Below are positions 63,798-64,000 of a stretch of 64,000 nucleotides of DNA, piece after piece. The stretch's first letter is position 1. Each line of letters starts with the position of its first letter. The notes under the pieces are model-generated. The model was not told where the DNA came from and searched no databases. It saw nothing but the letters and a program-made list of their open reading frames with translations. Source of the DNA: an uncultured Chthonomonadaceae bacterium (GTDB taxonomy: Bacteria > Armatimonadota > Chthonomonadetes > Chthonomonadales > Chthonomonadaceae); contig CAWIEK010000015.1 of assembly GCA_963835065.1 (NCBI GenBank), positions 87,053-151,052 of the forward strand, in the 5' to 3' direction. Position numbers and translations under genes: made by a program.

Positions 63798-64000
63798 CTA
63801 TTTGGTGTCGCACGGGAGATCGTAACCGCAACGCGTACAACGCCCGCGAGGACTGGATCTAAGCCGAATCCTCGCCCGGATAATACGTACGGTCACCGCC
63901 GAAAGTACGCCGACGGCGACGACAACGAAGACCACAAAAACACGGGTCGCCCGGCTCGGGAAGGAAATCGCGAACTTGGGCAATCGCGAACGCGCAGGCA
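63798..64000 (-). CDS. 3' end of a membrane protein with a CxxCGYDL motif
   Basis: TM helix, Arg-rich segment, RGRCTRCGYDL. Confidence 0.6.
   Translation of the reverse strand, partial: PARSRLPKFAISFPSRATRVFVVFVVVAVGVLSAVTVRIIRARIRLRSSPRGRCTRCGYDLPCDTK

Overview
The window seems to join two different DNAs. About 1-56,110 looks like one moderately GC-rich bacterial chromosome; its gene content suggests Armatimonadota, which is an inference. It carries pheA, accD-accA, a DUF2946/CruR-like upstream ORF followed by a TonB-dependent receptor with exbB-exbD-tonB, a prepilin/DUF1559 gene, rpmH-rnpA-yidD-yidC-jag, tmRNA, a hydroxyproline catabolic operon, a Dyp peroxidase/P450 operon, and a ROK-DUF1553-SGNH-DUF1501-propeller cluster. 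It also has a 10-kb defence island (SNF2 helicase, ABC-type ATPase plus a PD-(D/E)xK-like partner, a dead PLD nuclease, type III Mod/Res), stress genes, a cysteine desulfurase, pgeF and an orphan Phd antitoxin. From about 56,110 the sequence is more GC-rich and Planctomycetota (Phycisphaerae)-like: tRNA-Gly, fabI, an LLM oxidoreductase, a nucleotidyltransferase-like gene, an SH3-like gene, and IS4 and RHS fragments. Many genes are split by single-base frameshifts, most likely long-read or assembly errors. The most notable signals not explained by annotation are: (i) a family of ~110-150 bp hairpins whose arms are tandem 7-9-mers, with mirrored variant units and conserved spacer cores; (ii) two paralogous candidate ~70-80 nt sRNAs at 11.85-12.2 kb; (iii) the CxxC/RGPP arrest-peptide-like uORF upstream of the TonB locus; (iv) the ATPase/nuclease pair nested in the type III RM locus; (v) the uncharacterised Dyp-P450 operon. 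All family assignments come from reading motifs by eye; no database searches were run.
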